Source: Candidatus Omnitrophota bacterium
Lineage (GTDB): Bacteria > Omnitrophota > Gorgyraeia > B26-G9
NCBI GenBank assembly: GCA_043826565.1
Contig: JBDRPX010000019.1
Span: 5,369-69,368, forward strand
Reading direction: 5' to 3'
Length of the DNA: 64,000 nucleotides
Below are positions 8,666-18,319 of the stretch, piece after piece. The stretch's first letter is position 1. Each line of letters opens with the position of its first letter. The notes beneath the pieces were generated by a model that was not told where the DNA came from, did no database searches, and worked only from the letters and a program-made list of their open reading frames with translations. The position numbers and the translations under genes were made by a program.

Positions 8666-9901
8666 ATGACTAAGATGAATATCACGGATTTCTTAATTAA
8701 AAAAGCAGAGCTTAATGATCAGGATATAAATGATCCGCAGATACGCGCGCGTTACGGAAGCTTGGAGGGCTGGGTTAGCGTGCTGGCTAATCTGGTGCTT
8801 TTTATTACTAAACTTAGCGTGGGTCTTTTTAGCGGAAGTATCAGTATTATTGCCGATGCTATACATACTCTCTCTGATGTTGCTACATCAGCAGTGGTTA
8901 TTTGGGGTTTTAAAGTAGCCCGAAAACCGGCAGACAAAGAACATCCTTTCGGGCACGGCCGCATGGAAGATATAACTACTTTGATCATTGCTGTTCTTTT
9001 ATGTGTTGTCGGAGTGGAAATATTATTACAATGTGTGGAAAGGATTTCCCAGCCTCCGGAAGTTAAAGCTAATATTTTTATATTCATTGTTCTGGCGGGG
9101 TCGGCAGTGGTAAAAGAGTGGATGGCCCGGTTTTCGTTTTCACTCGGAGGAAAAATAGATTCCTCGGCGCTTAATGCCGACGGATGGCATCACCGAAGTG
9201 ATGCTATATCAACTATTTTAGTAATTATTGCGGTTATTTGTTCGATGTTTAAGCTGTTTATTTTTGATGCGCTGCTTGGCGGTGTAGTTGCCGCTTATAT
9301 AATATATACCGGGATAAGATTGGTTAAAGAGGCAAGTACTCATCTTTTGGGTAAAGGTATTGATGAGAGTCTGCGGGATAAGATCAGGACTATTGCGGTG
9401 TCTGTAGACGGAGTTGAAGGAGTCCATGATATTGTGGCCCATGATTATGGTACGCATAAAGCGATTTCTTTGCATGTGGAAGTAGCGCGTTCTTTAAATT
9501 CTGTAGCCGCGCATCGCATCGCGGCTACTGTGGAAACCCGGCTGGCAAAAAATATAGTATCGAGTCCGATCGTGCATATTGACTTAAAGCGTAAAAAAGG
9601 AAAAAATGTTACCTCGGAAATGATGACTTTAAAGTCGGTTATTAAGAAATATCCGAAAATAATTCATTATCACGGAGTGCAGATGTCCAGCACCGAAAGC
9701 GGGGATTTTCTAAACTTACATATTGTTATTCCCCGGGATATGAATATTGAACAATCCCATGAACTGGAGCATCAGGTAAGAGAGTCTTTACAGCCGTATT
9801 TTAAAGATTTTACTATTAACATGCATGTAGAGCCTTGTAATGCAAAATGCGCTTTGTGCTCTCAGTCGTGTAAACAGTCAGTCAGAGAGCAGAGGGCATA
9901 A
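8666..9901 (+). CDS. cation diffusion facilitator (CDF) family metal efflux transporter with a Cys-rich C-terminal extension
   Basis: Six TM helices. 'HTLSDV...HPFGHGRME' CDF signature. The C-terminus carries 'CNAKCALCSQSCKQS'. Confidence 0.8.
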   Translation: MTKMNITDFLIKKAELNDQDINDPQIRARYGSLEGWVSVLANLVLFITKLSVGLFSGSISIIADAIHTLSDVATSAVVIWGFKVARKPADKEHPFGHGRMEDITTLIIAVLLCVVGVEILLQCVERISQPPEVKANIFIFIVLAGSAVVKEWMARFSFSLGGKIDSSALNADGWHHRSDAISTILVIIAVICSMFKLFIFDALLGGVVAAYIIYTGIRLVKEASTHLLGKGIDESLRDKIRTIAVSVDGVEGVHDIVAHDYGTHKAISLHVEVARSLNSVAAHRIAATVETRLAKNIVSSPIVHIDLKRKKGKNVTSEMMTLKSVIKKYPKIIHYHGVQMSSTESGDFLNLHIVIPRDMNIEQSHELEHQVRESLQPYFKDFTINMHVEPCNAKCALCSQSCKQSVREQRA

Positions 9902-9903
9902 TT

Positions 9904-10824
9904 GTGAAAAAAAAGTTTAAATCAGGGTATGTGGCTTTTCTTGGTAAGCCTAATGTCGGCAAATCAACGCTTTTGAACCATTTTTTAAAAGAAAAGCTTT
10001 GCATAATATCTCCCAAGCCTCAGACGACCCGGGACAGTATTCAGGGAATACTCTCAGAACCCGGATATCAGATCATTTTTGTCGATACTCCGGGTATACA
10101 CCAGCCTAAAACCGCGCTGGGAAAGCATATGAATGATTTGGCCCAGGACGCGGGTATTGACGCGGATGTGATGATCTTAATTGTCGATGCCTCAACCGGC
10201 ATAACCTATGAGGACCGGCAGATATTTAACTGGTTAAAGTCAAAGTATAAAGCCATTGAAAATAAAAGAGTTATGATTTTGATTAATAAGATTGACCTTA
10301 TTGAAAAGAACGAAGTTTTGCCGATAATTGCCAAATGCCAGAGAGAATTAGCCCAGATCAAGATAAGTGATTATATCCCGGTTTCCGCAATAGACGGAGA
10401 TAATCTTGACCTGATATTCGGGAAAATGCTGGAATATTTGCCTTTTGGCCCGGTTTATTACCCCGAAGACCAGCTTACCGATAAAAATGAGCGGTATGTG
10501 GTCGCGGAATTGATCCGGGAGCAGGTATTGGGCTGCTGCCGGGAAGAAGTTCCTCATTCTGTGGCTGTTCTGGTGCAGGCCATGCAGGATAATCCCGGGC
10601 GTAAGACCTTGATCCAGGCCACAGTGTATGTCGAGAAAAAAACCCAGAAAGGTATTATAATCGGAGAAAAAGGCCAAATGCTTAAAACCATCGGCAGTTT
10701 GGCCCGGGAGCAGATCGAGGGATTTTTGGGCCGAAAAGTATATCTTGAGCTTTGGGTTAGGGTGCAGGATAATTGGCGTAAGGACGAGGCTTTCTTAAAA
10801 AAGCTGGGTTACGGAGATAAATAG
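9904..10824 (+). CDS. era: GTPase Era
   Basis: G1 'GKPNVGKSTLLN', G3 'DTPG', G4 'NKID', and a C-terminal KH domain. Confidence 0.9.
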   Translation: MKKKFKSGYVAFLGKPNVGKSTLLNHFLKEKLCIISPKPQTTRDSIQGILSEPGYQIIFVDTPGIHQPKTALGKHMNDLAQDAGIDADVMILIVDASTGITYEDRQIFNWLKSKYKAIENKRVMILINKIDLIEKNEVLPIIAKCQRELAQIKISDYIPVSAIDGDNLDLIFGKMLEYLPFGPVYYPEDQLTDKNERYVVAELIREQVLGCCREEVPHSVAVLVQAMQDNPGRKTLIQATVYVEKKTQKGIIIGEKGQMLKTIGSLAREQIEGFLGRKVYLELWVRVQDNWRKDEAFLKKLGYGDK

Positions 10825-10865
10825 TCAAAGCCTCATGTCTCAAGCCGCAAGTCTCAAGTTAAGAA

Positions 10866-10912
10866 GAATACAGAAGGCAGAAAACAGAGGACAGATAGAA
10901 AACTAGAAGATA
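10866..10912 (+). repeat. purine-rich 'ACAGAAGRCAGAAAACAGAGGACAGA' dispersed repeat, copy at the era 3' end
   Basis: Near-identical to the minus-strand sequence at 58030-58072. Related to the AGAAGAC x4 array at 51817-51850. Confidence 0.5.
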
Positions 10913-11064
10913 AAAGCAAAACAGATGCTCGACAACTGATCCCATATCTGAAGGGCAAACGCGCCGCTCAAACCTCAAGGGTTCCACGAGCATAGCGAAG
11001 TGCAAGAGAATTTCTGATCTTTCTAATTTAAAGTTTATATATGGACGAAGATTTGAAATTCTTA

Positions 11065-11092
11065 TTGACATTACATTTTGGTATAGTATAAT
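11065..11092 (+). promoter_or_regulatory. consensus sigma70-type promoter (TTGACA-16-TATAAT)
   Basis: Perfect -35 at 11065-11070 and perfect -10 at 11087-11092, about 410 nt upstream of the major OMP gene. Confidence 0.4.
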
Positions 11093-11503
11093 AAGCATCA
11101 GGGAAGAAAACTGGTAAAATTGTATAATTTTGCCGGGCTAAGGGGGCGGGAAAATATGTTGATTTCAGACGATAACACCATCCAGCTAGCCTCTTAATAA
11201 AAAGATTTCCCCATAAAATATTATTGACAAGAAAAGCGGTTTATGCTAGTCTGGTCATAGTATAAAATTCACAAAGATTTTGCAATTGTGAATAGGTGAT
11301 TTGATATATTCATCATAAATAACTTCAAATCCGGCACAAAAGGAGGTGGTGGAAAAGATTGCCAGAGGTTATGACAATTATGGTGATAATTGCAGTACAT
11401 AAAAAGGTAACTTCTGGGTAACTATAGGAACACTAATTTCTATAGCCCTGGTTTAAAGAATAAAGAGAAAATAGTTTTACAATTTACTAGGAGGTAAAAG
11501 ATT

Positions 11504-12811
11504 ATGAGACGTTTGTTAACAATAGTATGTGCCTTAAGCATAGTTGCTTTAATGGCAATGCCTGCGCTTGCTGAAGTGCAGAACATTAAGATAAGTGGTG
11601 GAATTGATATTAGAGCTATTGCCCGTGATAATATGGCTCCGTCAGATTCTGGTGCGGGAAGAGCATTAGGAACTTTCGCGGAAACAACAACACAGGACCT
11701 TTATAACAGCGTAGTTACTTTAAATGTTGACGCGGACCTTACAGACAATGTAGCTGCTCACATTGGATTATTCAATGAAAGAGATTGGGGAGTAACTGGT
11801 GCTGGTATTTGGTCAAATTCTGCATACATCACTTTAAAAGAAATGATGTATTCTCCGTTGACCGTAGTTGCCGGTAGAACTTCTGTTGTTATTGCTGACG
11901 GATTAGTAGTTGGTGATGGAGTTACCAATGAAAATACTGGTGGTTTATTGGCCGCAGCAGAGCTTTCTCCGCAGAATGAATTTGACACAATTCACGCGAT
12001 TTTGGATTATGATCCATTAACATTGATCATCGGAACTTTAAAGCTTGCTGAAGGTTTAGCCGGTACATTTGGTGACGATATTGATGGATACTTAGTTGAT
12101 GGTATTTACAAATTCGAAGATTACAATGCTGTATTAGATACTTATTTAGTTGCTGCTCATTATGCTTCTCCGGGAGTTGGTTTAACCGGGCCTGATGGCA
12201 CCAGTAATAAAACTTGTGATGTTTATGCATTAGCTACCAGATTGACCATGGAACCAACAGAAGGCTTAATGCTTGATGCCGGTATTGCTATTCAGAGTGG
12301 TGACTATATGACCTCAAGAACTGTTGGTGTTGCCGACAGAGGTCTTGATGCCATGGCGTTCAATGTTGGCTTAGACTATGCTGTTGACGCGGAATATTCT
12401 CCAAAAGTTGGTGTGAAATACATCTATCGTTCTGGAGATAGTGGAGATGGCGTTGGCGATTTCGAAGGATGGTTACCGTTGGCCGAAGGCCAGGTGCTGA
12501 GTGTTATTGTTGATCCAAATACCAATACCAATTCTTTTAATTTGAATGCCAGCATTGTTCCGGCAGACAGATTGACTCTTGGCGTTGATGTATGGTTCTT
12601 CAACTTAGCAAAAGCATTAGCTACTCAGACAGCAGCAATGTCAACAAAGAAAGATGTTGGTACAGAAATTGACCTTGCTCTGAAGTATGCTTATACAGAA
12701 GATGTTAGCATGGGTTTAACTTTAGCTTATTTCATGCCTGGCGATTATTACAGAAACGGGTTTGATAAGACAGCAACAGAAATTATTGGTTCTGTAGGCG
12801 TAAAGTTCTAA
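11504..12811 (+). CDS. secreted outer-membrane protein (putative major porin / β-barrel OMP)
   Basis: Signal peptide 'MRRLLTIVCALSIVALMAMPALA'. No Cys; Gly/Asp/Thr-rich with alternating β-strand pattern. C-terminal '...GVKF' aromatic terminus. Strong RBS 'aggaggt'. Strong terminator immediately downstream. Confidence 0.6.
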   Translation: MRRLLTIVCALSIVALMAMPALAEVQNIKISGGIDIRAIARDNMAPSDSGAGRALGTFAETTTQDLYNSVVTLNVDADLTDNVAAHIGLFNERDWGVTGAGIWSNSAYITLKEMMYSPLTVVAGRTSVVIADGLVVGDGVTNENTGGLLAAAELSPQNEFDTIHAILDYDPLTLIIGTLKLAEGLAGTFGDDIDGYLVDGIYKFEDYNAVLDTYLVAAHYASPGVGLTGPDGTSNKTCDVYALATRLTMEPTEGLMLDAGIAIQSGDYMTSRTVGVADRGLDAMAFNVGLDYAVDAEYSPKVGVKYIYRSGDSGDGVGDFEGWLPLAEGQVLSVIVDPNTNTNSFNLNASIVPADRLTLGVDVWFFNLAKALATQTAAMSTKKDVGTEIDLALKYAYTEDVSMGLTLAYFMPGDYYRNGFDKTATEIIGSVGVKF

Positions 12812-12827
12812 TCAAGTCTTAAGCGTT

Positions 12828-12871
12828 AAAAAAGCCCTTACCCTTTTTGGGTAAGGGCTTTTCTTTTTTCT
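12828..12871 (+). terminator. rho-independent terminator
   Basis: gcccttaccc-ttttt-gggtaagggc stem followed by TTTTCTTTTTT. Confidence 0.7.
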
Positions 12872-13141
12872 AGGGACTTTTGCAAAACGTCCATCTGCGG
12901 CGTTTTCTCCTCATTCGCTTGTGCGACGTCCTAGGAGAAGGACGCCTCCGCACTCATTCGTCAAGGCCTTGCATCTGTAATCAGGGACTGTTGTTCCATT
13001 TTCTACTTGACAGTTTAGGGTTTTTTTTGTAGTATAGAATAAAACTGTAAATGTAGTTTTATCAGGTTGTTCAGTTAAATATCCTATGGGTTCCCGTGGG
13101 GGGGATTTAATTTATCCAATACATTATGGGGGTAATCGGAA

Positions 13142-13657
13142 ATGCCGGAAGAACACAGTGTTAAAGAAGAAGTTCAGATGGTAATATTCAGGATCCAGGA
13201 TGAGGAGTTCGGGGTAGAGATAAGCCAGGTAAAAGAAATTCTAAAACTCGTTCCCATAACGCGAATGCCTAAAGCTCCGGTATTTATTGAAGGAGTAATA
13301 AATTTAAGAGGGCAGATAATCACAGTTGTTGATCTGGCAAAAAGATTTGATCTGGATTCTCTGGGGAGAACGGAAACAACCCGGATAATGGTTGTGGAAG
13401 TCGGAGAGAATACCGTAGGGATGATTGTTGATTCGGTTTCGGAAGTTATCAGGCTTTCAGCGAATAATATTGAAAAAACTCCCGCTCTTATTCAAAGCGG
13501 AATTCATGAACGGTATTTAAGAGGGGTGGGGAAAATTGCCGACCGTTTGTTGATATTACTGGATTTAAATGAAGTTCTTAGTACCGAGGAGCTGCATAAT
13601 ATCAATAAGCATATTGAGTCGGCAAGCGAAATAACAGAAAAAGACGAGATAAGTTAA
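13142..13657 (+). CDS. cheW: chemotaxis coupling protein CheW
   Basis: CheW-like domain: 'FRIQDEEFGVEISQVKEI...INLRGQIITVVDL'. Confidence 0.85.
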   Translation: MPEEHSVKEEVQMVIFRIQDEEFGVEISQVKEILKLVPITRMPKAPVFIEGVINLRGQIITVVDLAKRFDLDSLGRTETTRIMVVEVGENTVGMIVDSVSEVIRLSANNIEKTPALIQSGIHERYLRGVGKIADRLLILLDLNEVLSTEELHNINKHIESASEITEKDEIS

Positions 13658-13680
13658 GCGGAAAGGAAGGAGCGTAGATT

Positions 13681-14055
13681 ATGGCAGTAAAAGTGCTGGT
13701 GGTTGACGATGCGGTTTTTATGCGCAAGATGATCGGAGATATTCTCAAAAAAGAGGGGTATGAGATCATCGGTGAGGCAGAAAACGGGCAGGAGGCAGTT
13801 GATAAATATGGAGAGCTTGCTCCTGATCTGGTGACCATGGATATCGTTATGCCTAAGGTAAACGACATGGATGGTATCGGAGCAGTGAAACAGATAATGG
13901 AAAAAGACGGCGAGGCCAAGATTCTTATGGTAAGTGCTATGGGTCAGCACGCGTTAGTTGTCGAAGCTATTCAGGCTGGGGCAAAAGATTTTGTTACTAA
14001 ACCTTTTCAGCCATCTCGTGTACTGGAAGCGGCAAAGAGAGTTTTAGAAAGCTGA
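13681..14055 (+). CDS. cheY: chemotaxis response regulator CheY
   Basis: Single REC domain, 124 aa, with the DD...D...T...K pattern. Confidence 0.85.
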   Translation: MAVKVLVVDDAVFMRKMIGDILKKEGYEIIGEAENGQEAVDKYGELAPDLVTMDIVMPKVNDMDGIGAVKQIMEKDGEAKILMVSAMGQHALVVEAIQAGAKDFVTKPFQPSRVLEAAKRVLES

Positions 14056-14113
14056 GTAATAGATTAAGCAGTGTTTTGTTTTAAATTGATTTTTAAAACA
14101 GAGGCTTTGAAAT

Positions 14114-14734
14114 TTGCTAAAAAAAATAATTGTTTTAACTGCCCAGCAGGAGGATGTATTAAAAGAGCTGGGGAATATATGTGCGGGTAATGCTGCCACC
14201 GCACTTTCTCAATTACTTAATAAAAAAATTATAGTCAATATTCCACATGTGCATCTGGTGCGTATTAAAGAGGTGCCCGCAATTGTGGGCGGTCCCCAAA
14301 AAATAATGGCTGGGGTTGTTTCTCAGGTGTTTGGAGATGCGCAGGGAATTATACTTTTATTATTTCCGCAACAGAGTGCTCATGTTTTATCAGAAATGTT
14401 CCATGGCCGGCAGGATGAGAGAGGGATCTTTACAGAAACTGATCAGTGGGCAATAAGAGAGACGGGCAGTTTATTATCTGCGGTGTATCTCAATACGCTT
14501 ACCAAATTTACAAGATTAAATCTTATCCCATCTACCCCGGGAATCATAATTGATATGGCCGGTGCGCTTATAGATTATCTGCTTATTGAACTTTCAGCTG
14601 TTACAGAATATGCTTTATTAATTGATTCTGAATTTAATGATGCCGGAAGGCTTCTTCAGGGGCATTTTTTATTATTACCTAATGCCGGAAGCCTGGAAGC
14701 CATCTTGGATACAATAAAGGAATATAATGGATAA
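14114..14734 (+). CDS. cheC: CheC-family CheY-P phosphatase
   Basis: 'ELGNICAGNAATALSQLL' CheC signature. The track start is TTG. Confidence 0.75.
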   Translation: MLKKIIVLTAQQEDVLKELGNICAGNAATALSQLLNKKIIVNIPHVHLVRIKEVPAIVGGPQKIMAGVVSQVFGDAQGIILLLFPQQSAHVLSEMFHGRQDERGIFTETDQWAIRETGSLLSAVYLNTLTKFTRLNLIPSTPGIIIDMAGALIDYLLIELSAVTEYALLIDSEFNDAGRLLQGHFLLLPNAGSLEAILDTIKEYNG

Positions 14735-15215
14735 GCCAGAAATTCATATTGGAATCGCGGATATGAAGGTTGCCAAAGCTCCGGCGGTATTAACTTCTTT
14801 AGGTATTGGTTCATGTGTAGGAATTATATTATTTGATAAGCATTCCAAAATCGGCGGGATGGCTCATATCATGCTTCCCGATCAGGATATTGTTAGAAAT
14901 AAAACAAATCGTGCTAAATTCGCGAATACGGCAATCCCGGATATGGTCGAGGATATGGTTAAAAAAGGAGCGGACCGGAAATTTATTAAAGCTAAAATCA
15001 TGGGCGGGGCACATATGTTTAAGTTTTCCCGGGAAACCGCGATCTCCAATATTGGCAAACGGAATGTGGAAGAAGTAAAGAAAGTTTTAGGTGAAATGAA
15101 AATAAAAATTATTGCTGAAGATACCGGCAAGGATTACGGCCGTTCATTATTTTTTGATTTAGATACCGGAGAAGTTAAAATAAGAACTACAACTCATGGA
15201 GTAATGATATTATGA
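14727..15215 (+). CDS. cheD: chemoreceptor glutamine deamidase CheD
   Basis: 'GIADMKVAKAPAVLTSLGIGSCVGIILFD' CheD motif with catalytic Cys. Confidence 0.85.
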   Translation: MDKPEIHIGIADMKVAKAPAVLTSLGIGSCVGIILFDKHSKIGGMAHIMLPDQDIVRNKTNRAKFANTAIPDMVEDMVKKGADRKFIKAKIMGGAHMFKFSRETAISNIGKRNVEEVKKVLGEMKIKIIAEDTGKDYGRSLFFDLDTGEVKIRTTTHGVMIL

Positions 15216-16264
15216 TAAGAGCGCTGGTTGTTGATGATTCCGCATTAATGCGTAAGCGTATAAGTGATATTCTTAATTCCGATAAGGATATTGAAGTTAT
15301 TGATACCGCAAAAACCGGGGCTAGTGCTATGGAAAAAGTAGCGGCTTTGCGTCCGGATGTTGTGACTATGGATCTGGTAATGCCGGATGTGGATGGATTG
15401 ACAGCACTTAATTATATTATGCATGAAGTGCCGACTCCGGTGGTAGTTATCAGTGCCAACGCCTCTCCGAATAGCCGAAATGCTATAAGAGCTTTGAAAT
15501 TAGGCGCGGTTGATGTTATTGCTAAACCGGGAGGGGAGATATCGATTAATATCAGCATAATTGATCATCAAATTATCAATAAGGTAAAGGCGGCGAGTAA
15601 GGTTGATGTAAAGCATATCCAGTCAGTATTGCGCAAAATCGGCGGCAAAGGCCCTAATTTAGCCCGCAAACCGAAAGTAGGGGTTACCCAGGTTATTGCG
15701 ATCGGGGCTTCTACCGGAGGACCTAAAGCGATCAAGGAAATTTTACCGTATTTTGCCCCGGATATCCATGCGGCGTTTTTAATTGTCCAGCATATGCCGG
15801 CGGTTTTTACTAAAGCCATGGCGGAGCGTATTAATTCTGATTCTAAAATTGCCATAAAAGAAGCTGAGGATGGAGATGTTCTCTGTGATGGATGCGGATA
15901 TGTCGCGCCCGGCGGTTATCATATGGTAGTTGTAAAACACGGCGATGATATGTTAATTAGGCTTACAAAAGATCCGCCGGTGAACAGTGTTCGTCCGTCA
16001 ATTACGGTGATGATGAATTCCGCGGCTAAGGAATTTGGTGCAAAATGTACTGGTGTTTTATTAACCGGTATGGGCCAGGATGGTGTTGAGGGTATGAGGA
16101 GTATCCATGATGCCGGAGGAAAAACATTAGCGGAAGATGAATCTACTTGTGTGGTTTTCGGTATGCCGAAAGTAGCAATTAAAGAAGGTGTAGTTGATAA
16201 AGTTGTTCCATTACACCATATGGGCATTGAATTAATGAAGATTATCCGGGATAGGGGACTGTAA
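15212..16264 (+). CDS. cheB: protein-glutamate methylesterase CheB (REC + methylesterase domains)
   Basis: N-terminal receiver domain. C-terminal 'IAIGASTGGPKAI' methylesterase motif. Confidence 0.85.
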   Translation: MIRALVVDDSALMRKRISDILNSDKDIEVIDTAKTGASAMEKVAALRPDVVTMDLVMPDVDGLTALNYIMHEVPTPVVVISANASPNSRNAIRALKLGAVDVIAKPGGEISINISIIDHQIINKVKAASKVDVKHIQSVLRKIGGKGPNLARKPKVGVTQVIAIGASTGGPKAIKEILPYFAPDIHAAFLIVQHMPAVFTKAMAERINSDSKIAIKEAEDGDVLCDGCGYVAPGGYHMVVVKHGDDMLIRLTKDPPVNSVRPSITVMMNSAAKEFGAKCTGVLLTGMGQDGVEGMRSIHDAGGKTLAEDESTCVVFGMPKVAIKEGVVDKVVPLHHMGIELMKIIRDRGL

Positions 16265-16266
16265 AT

Positions 16267-18285
16267 ATGAGTATGGAGCAGTATCGAACTTTATTTGTGG
16301 CTGAATCAGAAGAGCACTTGCAGTTTATCAGCAATGCGATACTGCGTCTGGAAAAAGATCCGGAAGATACGGAGACTTTAAATACGATCTTTCGCAGCGC
16401 GCATACATTAAAGGGTATGGCGGCAACAATGGGGTTTAAGAAGTTTACGGAATTGACCCATAAGATGGAAGATATGCTGGAAACATTCCGGACAGAAAAA
16501 ATCCCGGTTACTTCGGAAATGATCGATCGTTTGTTTAAATGTATGGATATGTTGGAGATGCTTTTAGAAGAGGTAAGATCCCGGAAAGATCTGAATCTGG
16601 ACGTAGATGTGCTTATTGCAGAACTGGAAACAATCTCTCCGGCATCAGTATCCGAAGAAAGCGCTGTAAAAAAAATAAAGAAGGCAAAACCAATAGCTCT
16701 GAGTAAGCTTGAAAAGCACAATTTATCCAATGTGATAAGTGCTCGGGGATTATCTGTCTATCAGATTGATGTTTGTCTGTCGGAAGATTGCCAATTAAAA
16801 TCAGTCCGTGTATATATGATATTTAATAAATTAGAAGAGTTTGGCGAGGTGGTTAAGTCGGTGCCGTCTCCGGAAGATTTAGAGCAGAACAGAGTTGACC
16901 GCATTGTTTCGTTATTGTTTTTAACAAAGACATCGAAAAAGAAAATTGAAGATATTTTAAGTATCATCTTAGAAATAGACAGCATTGAGTTCAAGGAAAT
17001 AACTGATATTGACAGCTTGCCGGAAGGGCAGACTATTGAATCGGCAAGGAATATTAATGAGGGAAAGACAAAAGAAGGAAAAGAACAATCCGGGGAAGCT
17101 GCCCGCCAGAGTACGGAAATACGAAAAATAAAGAATATCAGGATTAGTACTAAACGCCTTGATAAATTAATGAATCTGGTCGGAGAATTAGTTATTGCTA
17201 AAATCAGATTGATGCAGGTCGCTCAGATACAGAAAATTCAGTCTCTGCATGAAGTTTTAACGATTATTGACCGGCTTACCGGGGAATTGCAGGATGAGGT
17301 AATGCAGGCCCGATTAGTGCCGATTTCGCATGTATTTGACCGTTTTCCGCGGATGGTCAGGGACTTGGCTCGTAAAGAGAATAAACAGGTGTTTTTGGAG
17401 CTTTCCGGTGGAGAAATCGAATTAGATCGTACTATCCTCGATGAGATCGCTGATCCTTTAGTCCATCTTTTGCGTAATAGTGTGGATCATGGAATAGAAT
17501 TGCCTAAAGAAAGAAAAAACTATGGGAAAAATCCCAGCGGAACTATAAAATTGCGGGCGGAAAGGGAAAGAACCCATATTTTAATTGAGGTTTCTGATGA
17601 CGGAAAAGGAATAAATCCGGACATGTTGAGGCAGAAGGCATTAGAAAAAGGCTTTTTAACCGAGGAAGAGATAAATAAAAGCAGTGATAAAGATATATTG
17701 AAAGTAATAACTCTTCCCGGATTTAGTTCGGCAAATGTTGTTACCGATACGTCGGGACGCGGTGTCGGGATGGATGTCGTAAAAATGAAGATAGAATCAT
17801 TAGGCGGTTTTCTTTCTTTTGATTCTCAGCTTGGTGCCGGCAGTAAGTTTAGTTTAAGACTGCCGGTTTCGGTAGCGATTATCCGCGCTATGCTTGTCGA
17901 GGTCAGCGGGGAAATCTACGCGGCGCCGATCGCGAATATAGCCGAAACTGTAAAAGTAGCGCAAAGTCAGATAAAGCATATTGAAAAATTTGAAGTTATT
18001 AATTTAAGAGATGAGGTTCTTCCGCTGGTAAGGTTAAGCCAGGCTTTGGAAAGCCGCTTGGAGATAGAGCTTAAACCTAAAAAAAGTAAAGAAATTTCAA
18101 TTTTGGTTGTCGAAGGAAACGGGAAGAAAGCCGGATTGATTGTGGATAGATTTTTGGGACAGCAGGAAGTGGTTATTAAGTCTATAGGCAGTTTATTAAA
18201 AGGGATTAAAGGATTTTCCGGCGCAACGATATTAGGAGACGGACGCGTAGCGCTTATTTTAGATGTGGTAAGTATGGTCGGATGA
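16267..18285 (+). CDS. cheA: chemotaxis histidine kinase CheA
   Basis: Hpt 'HTLKGMAATMGF', dimerisation domain, HATPase_c, and C-terminal CheW-like domain. Confidence 0.9.
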   Translation: MSMEQYRTLFVAESEEHLQFISNAILRLEKDPEDTETLNTIFRSAHTLKGMAATMGFKKFTELTHKMEDMLETFRTEKIPVTSEMIDRLFKCMDMLEMLLEEVRSRKDLNLDVDVLIAELETISPASVSEESAVKKIKKAKPIALSKLEKHNLSNVISARGLSVYQIDVCLSEDCQLKSVRVYMIFNKLEEFGEVVKSVPSPEDLEQNRVDRIVSLLFLTKTSKKKIEDILSIILEIDSIEFKEITDIDSLPEGQTIESARNINEGKTKEGKEQSGEAARQSTEIRKIKNIRISTKRLDKLMNLVGELVIAKIRLMQVAQIQKIQSLHEVLTIIDRLTGELQDEVMQARLVPISHVFDRFPRMVRDLARKENKQVFLELSGGEIELDRTILDEIADPLVHLLRNSVDHGIELPKERKNYGKNPSGTIKLRAERERTHILIEVSDDGKGINPDMLRQKALEKGFLTEEEINKSSDKDILKVITLPGFSSANVVTDTSGRGVGMDVVKMKIESLGGFLSFDSQLGAGSKFSLRLPVSVAIIRAMLVEVSGEIYAAPIANIAETVKVAQSQIKHIEKFEVINLRDEVLPLVRLSQALESRLEIELKPKKSKEISILVVEGNGKKAGLIVDRFLGQQEVVIKSIGSLLKGIKGFSGATILGDGRVALILDVVSMVG

Positions 18286-18319
18286 TATCGCAAGCAATAC
18301 TGTCCTAAGGAGGAAAAAT

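Noticed and set aside
10859-11098. 79-aa minus-strand ORF in the era-OMP intergenic region
   Set aside because: It overlaps repeat and promoter sequence, is highly hydrophobic and low-complexity, and has no RBS. It is more likely non-coding.
11224-11268. Second sigma70 promoter (TTGACA at 11224)
   Set aside because: No acceptable -10 hexamer lies at 16-18 bp spacing (tagtct); the TATAAA at 11261 is 31 bp away. Kept only as a weak possibility.
11341-11420. 16-codon upstream ORF (MTIMVIIAVHKKVTSG) in the OMP leader
   Set aside because: The nearest Shine-Dalgarno-like sequence (aggagg at 11341) is about 26 nt from the ATG, which is too far. There is no evidence for translation.
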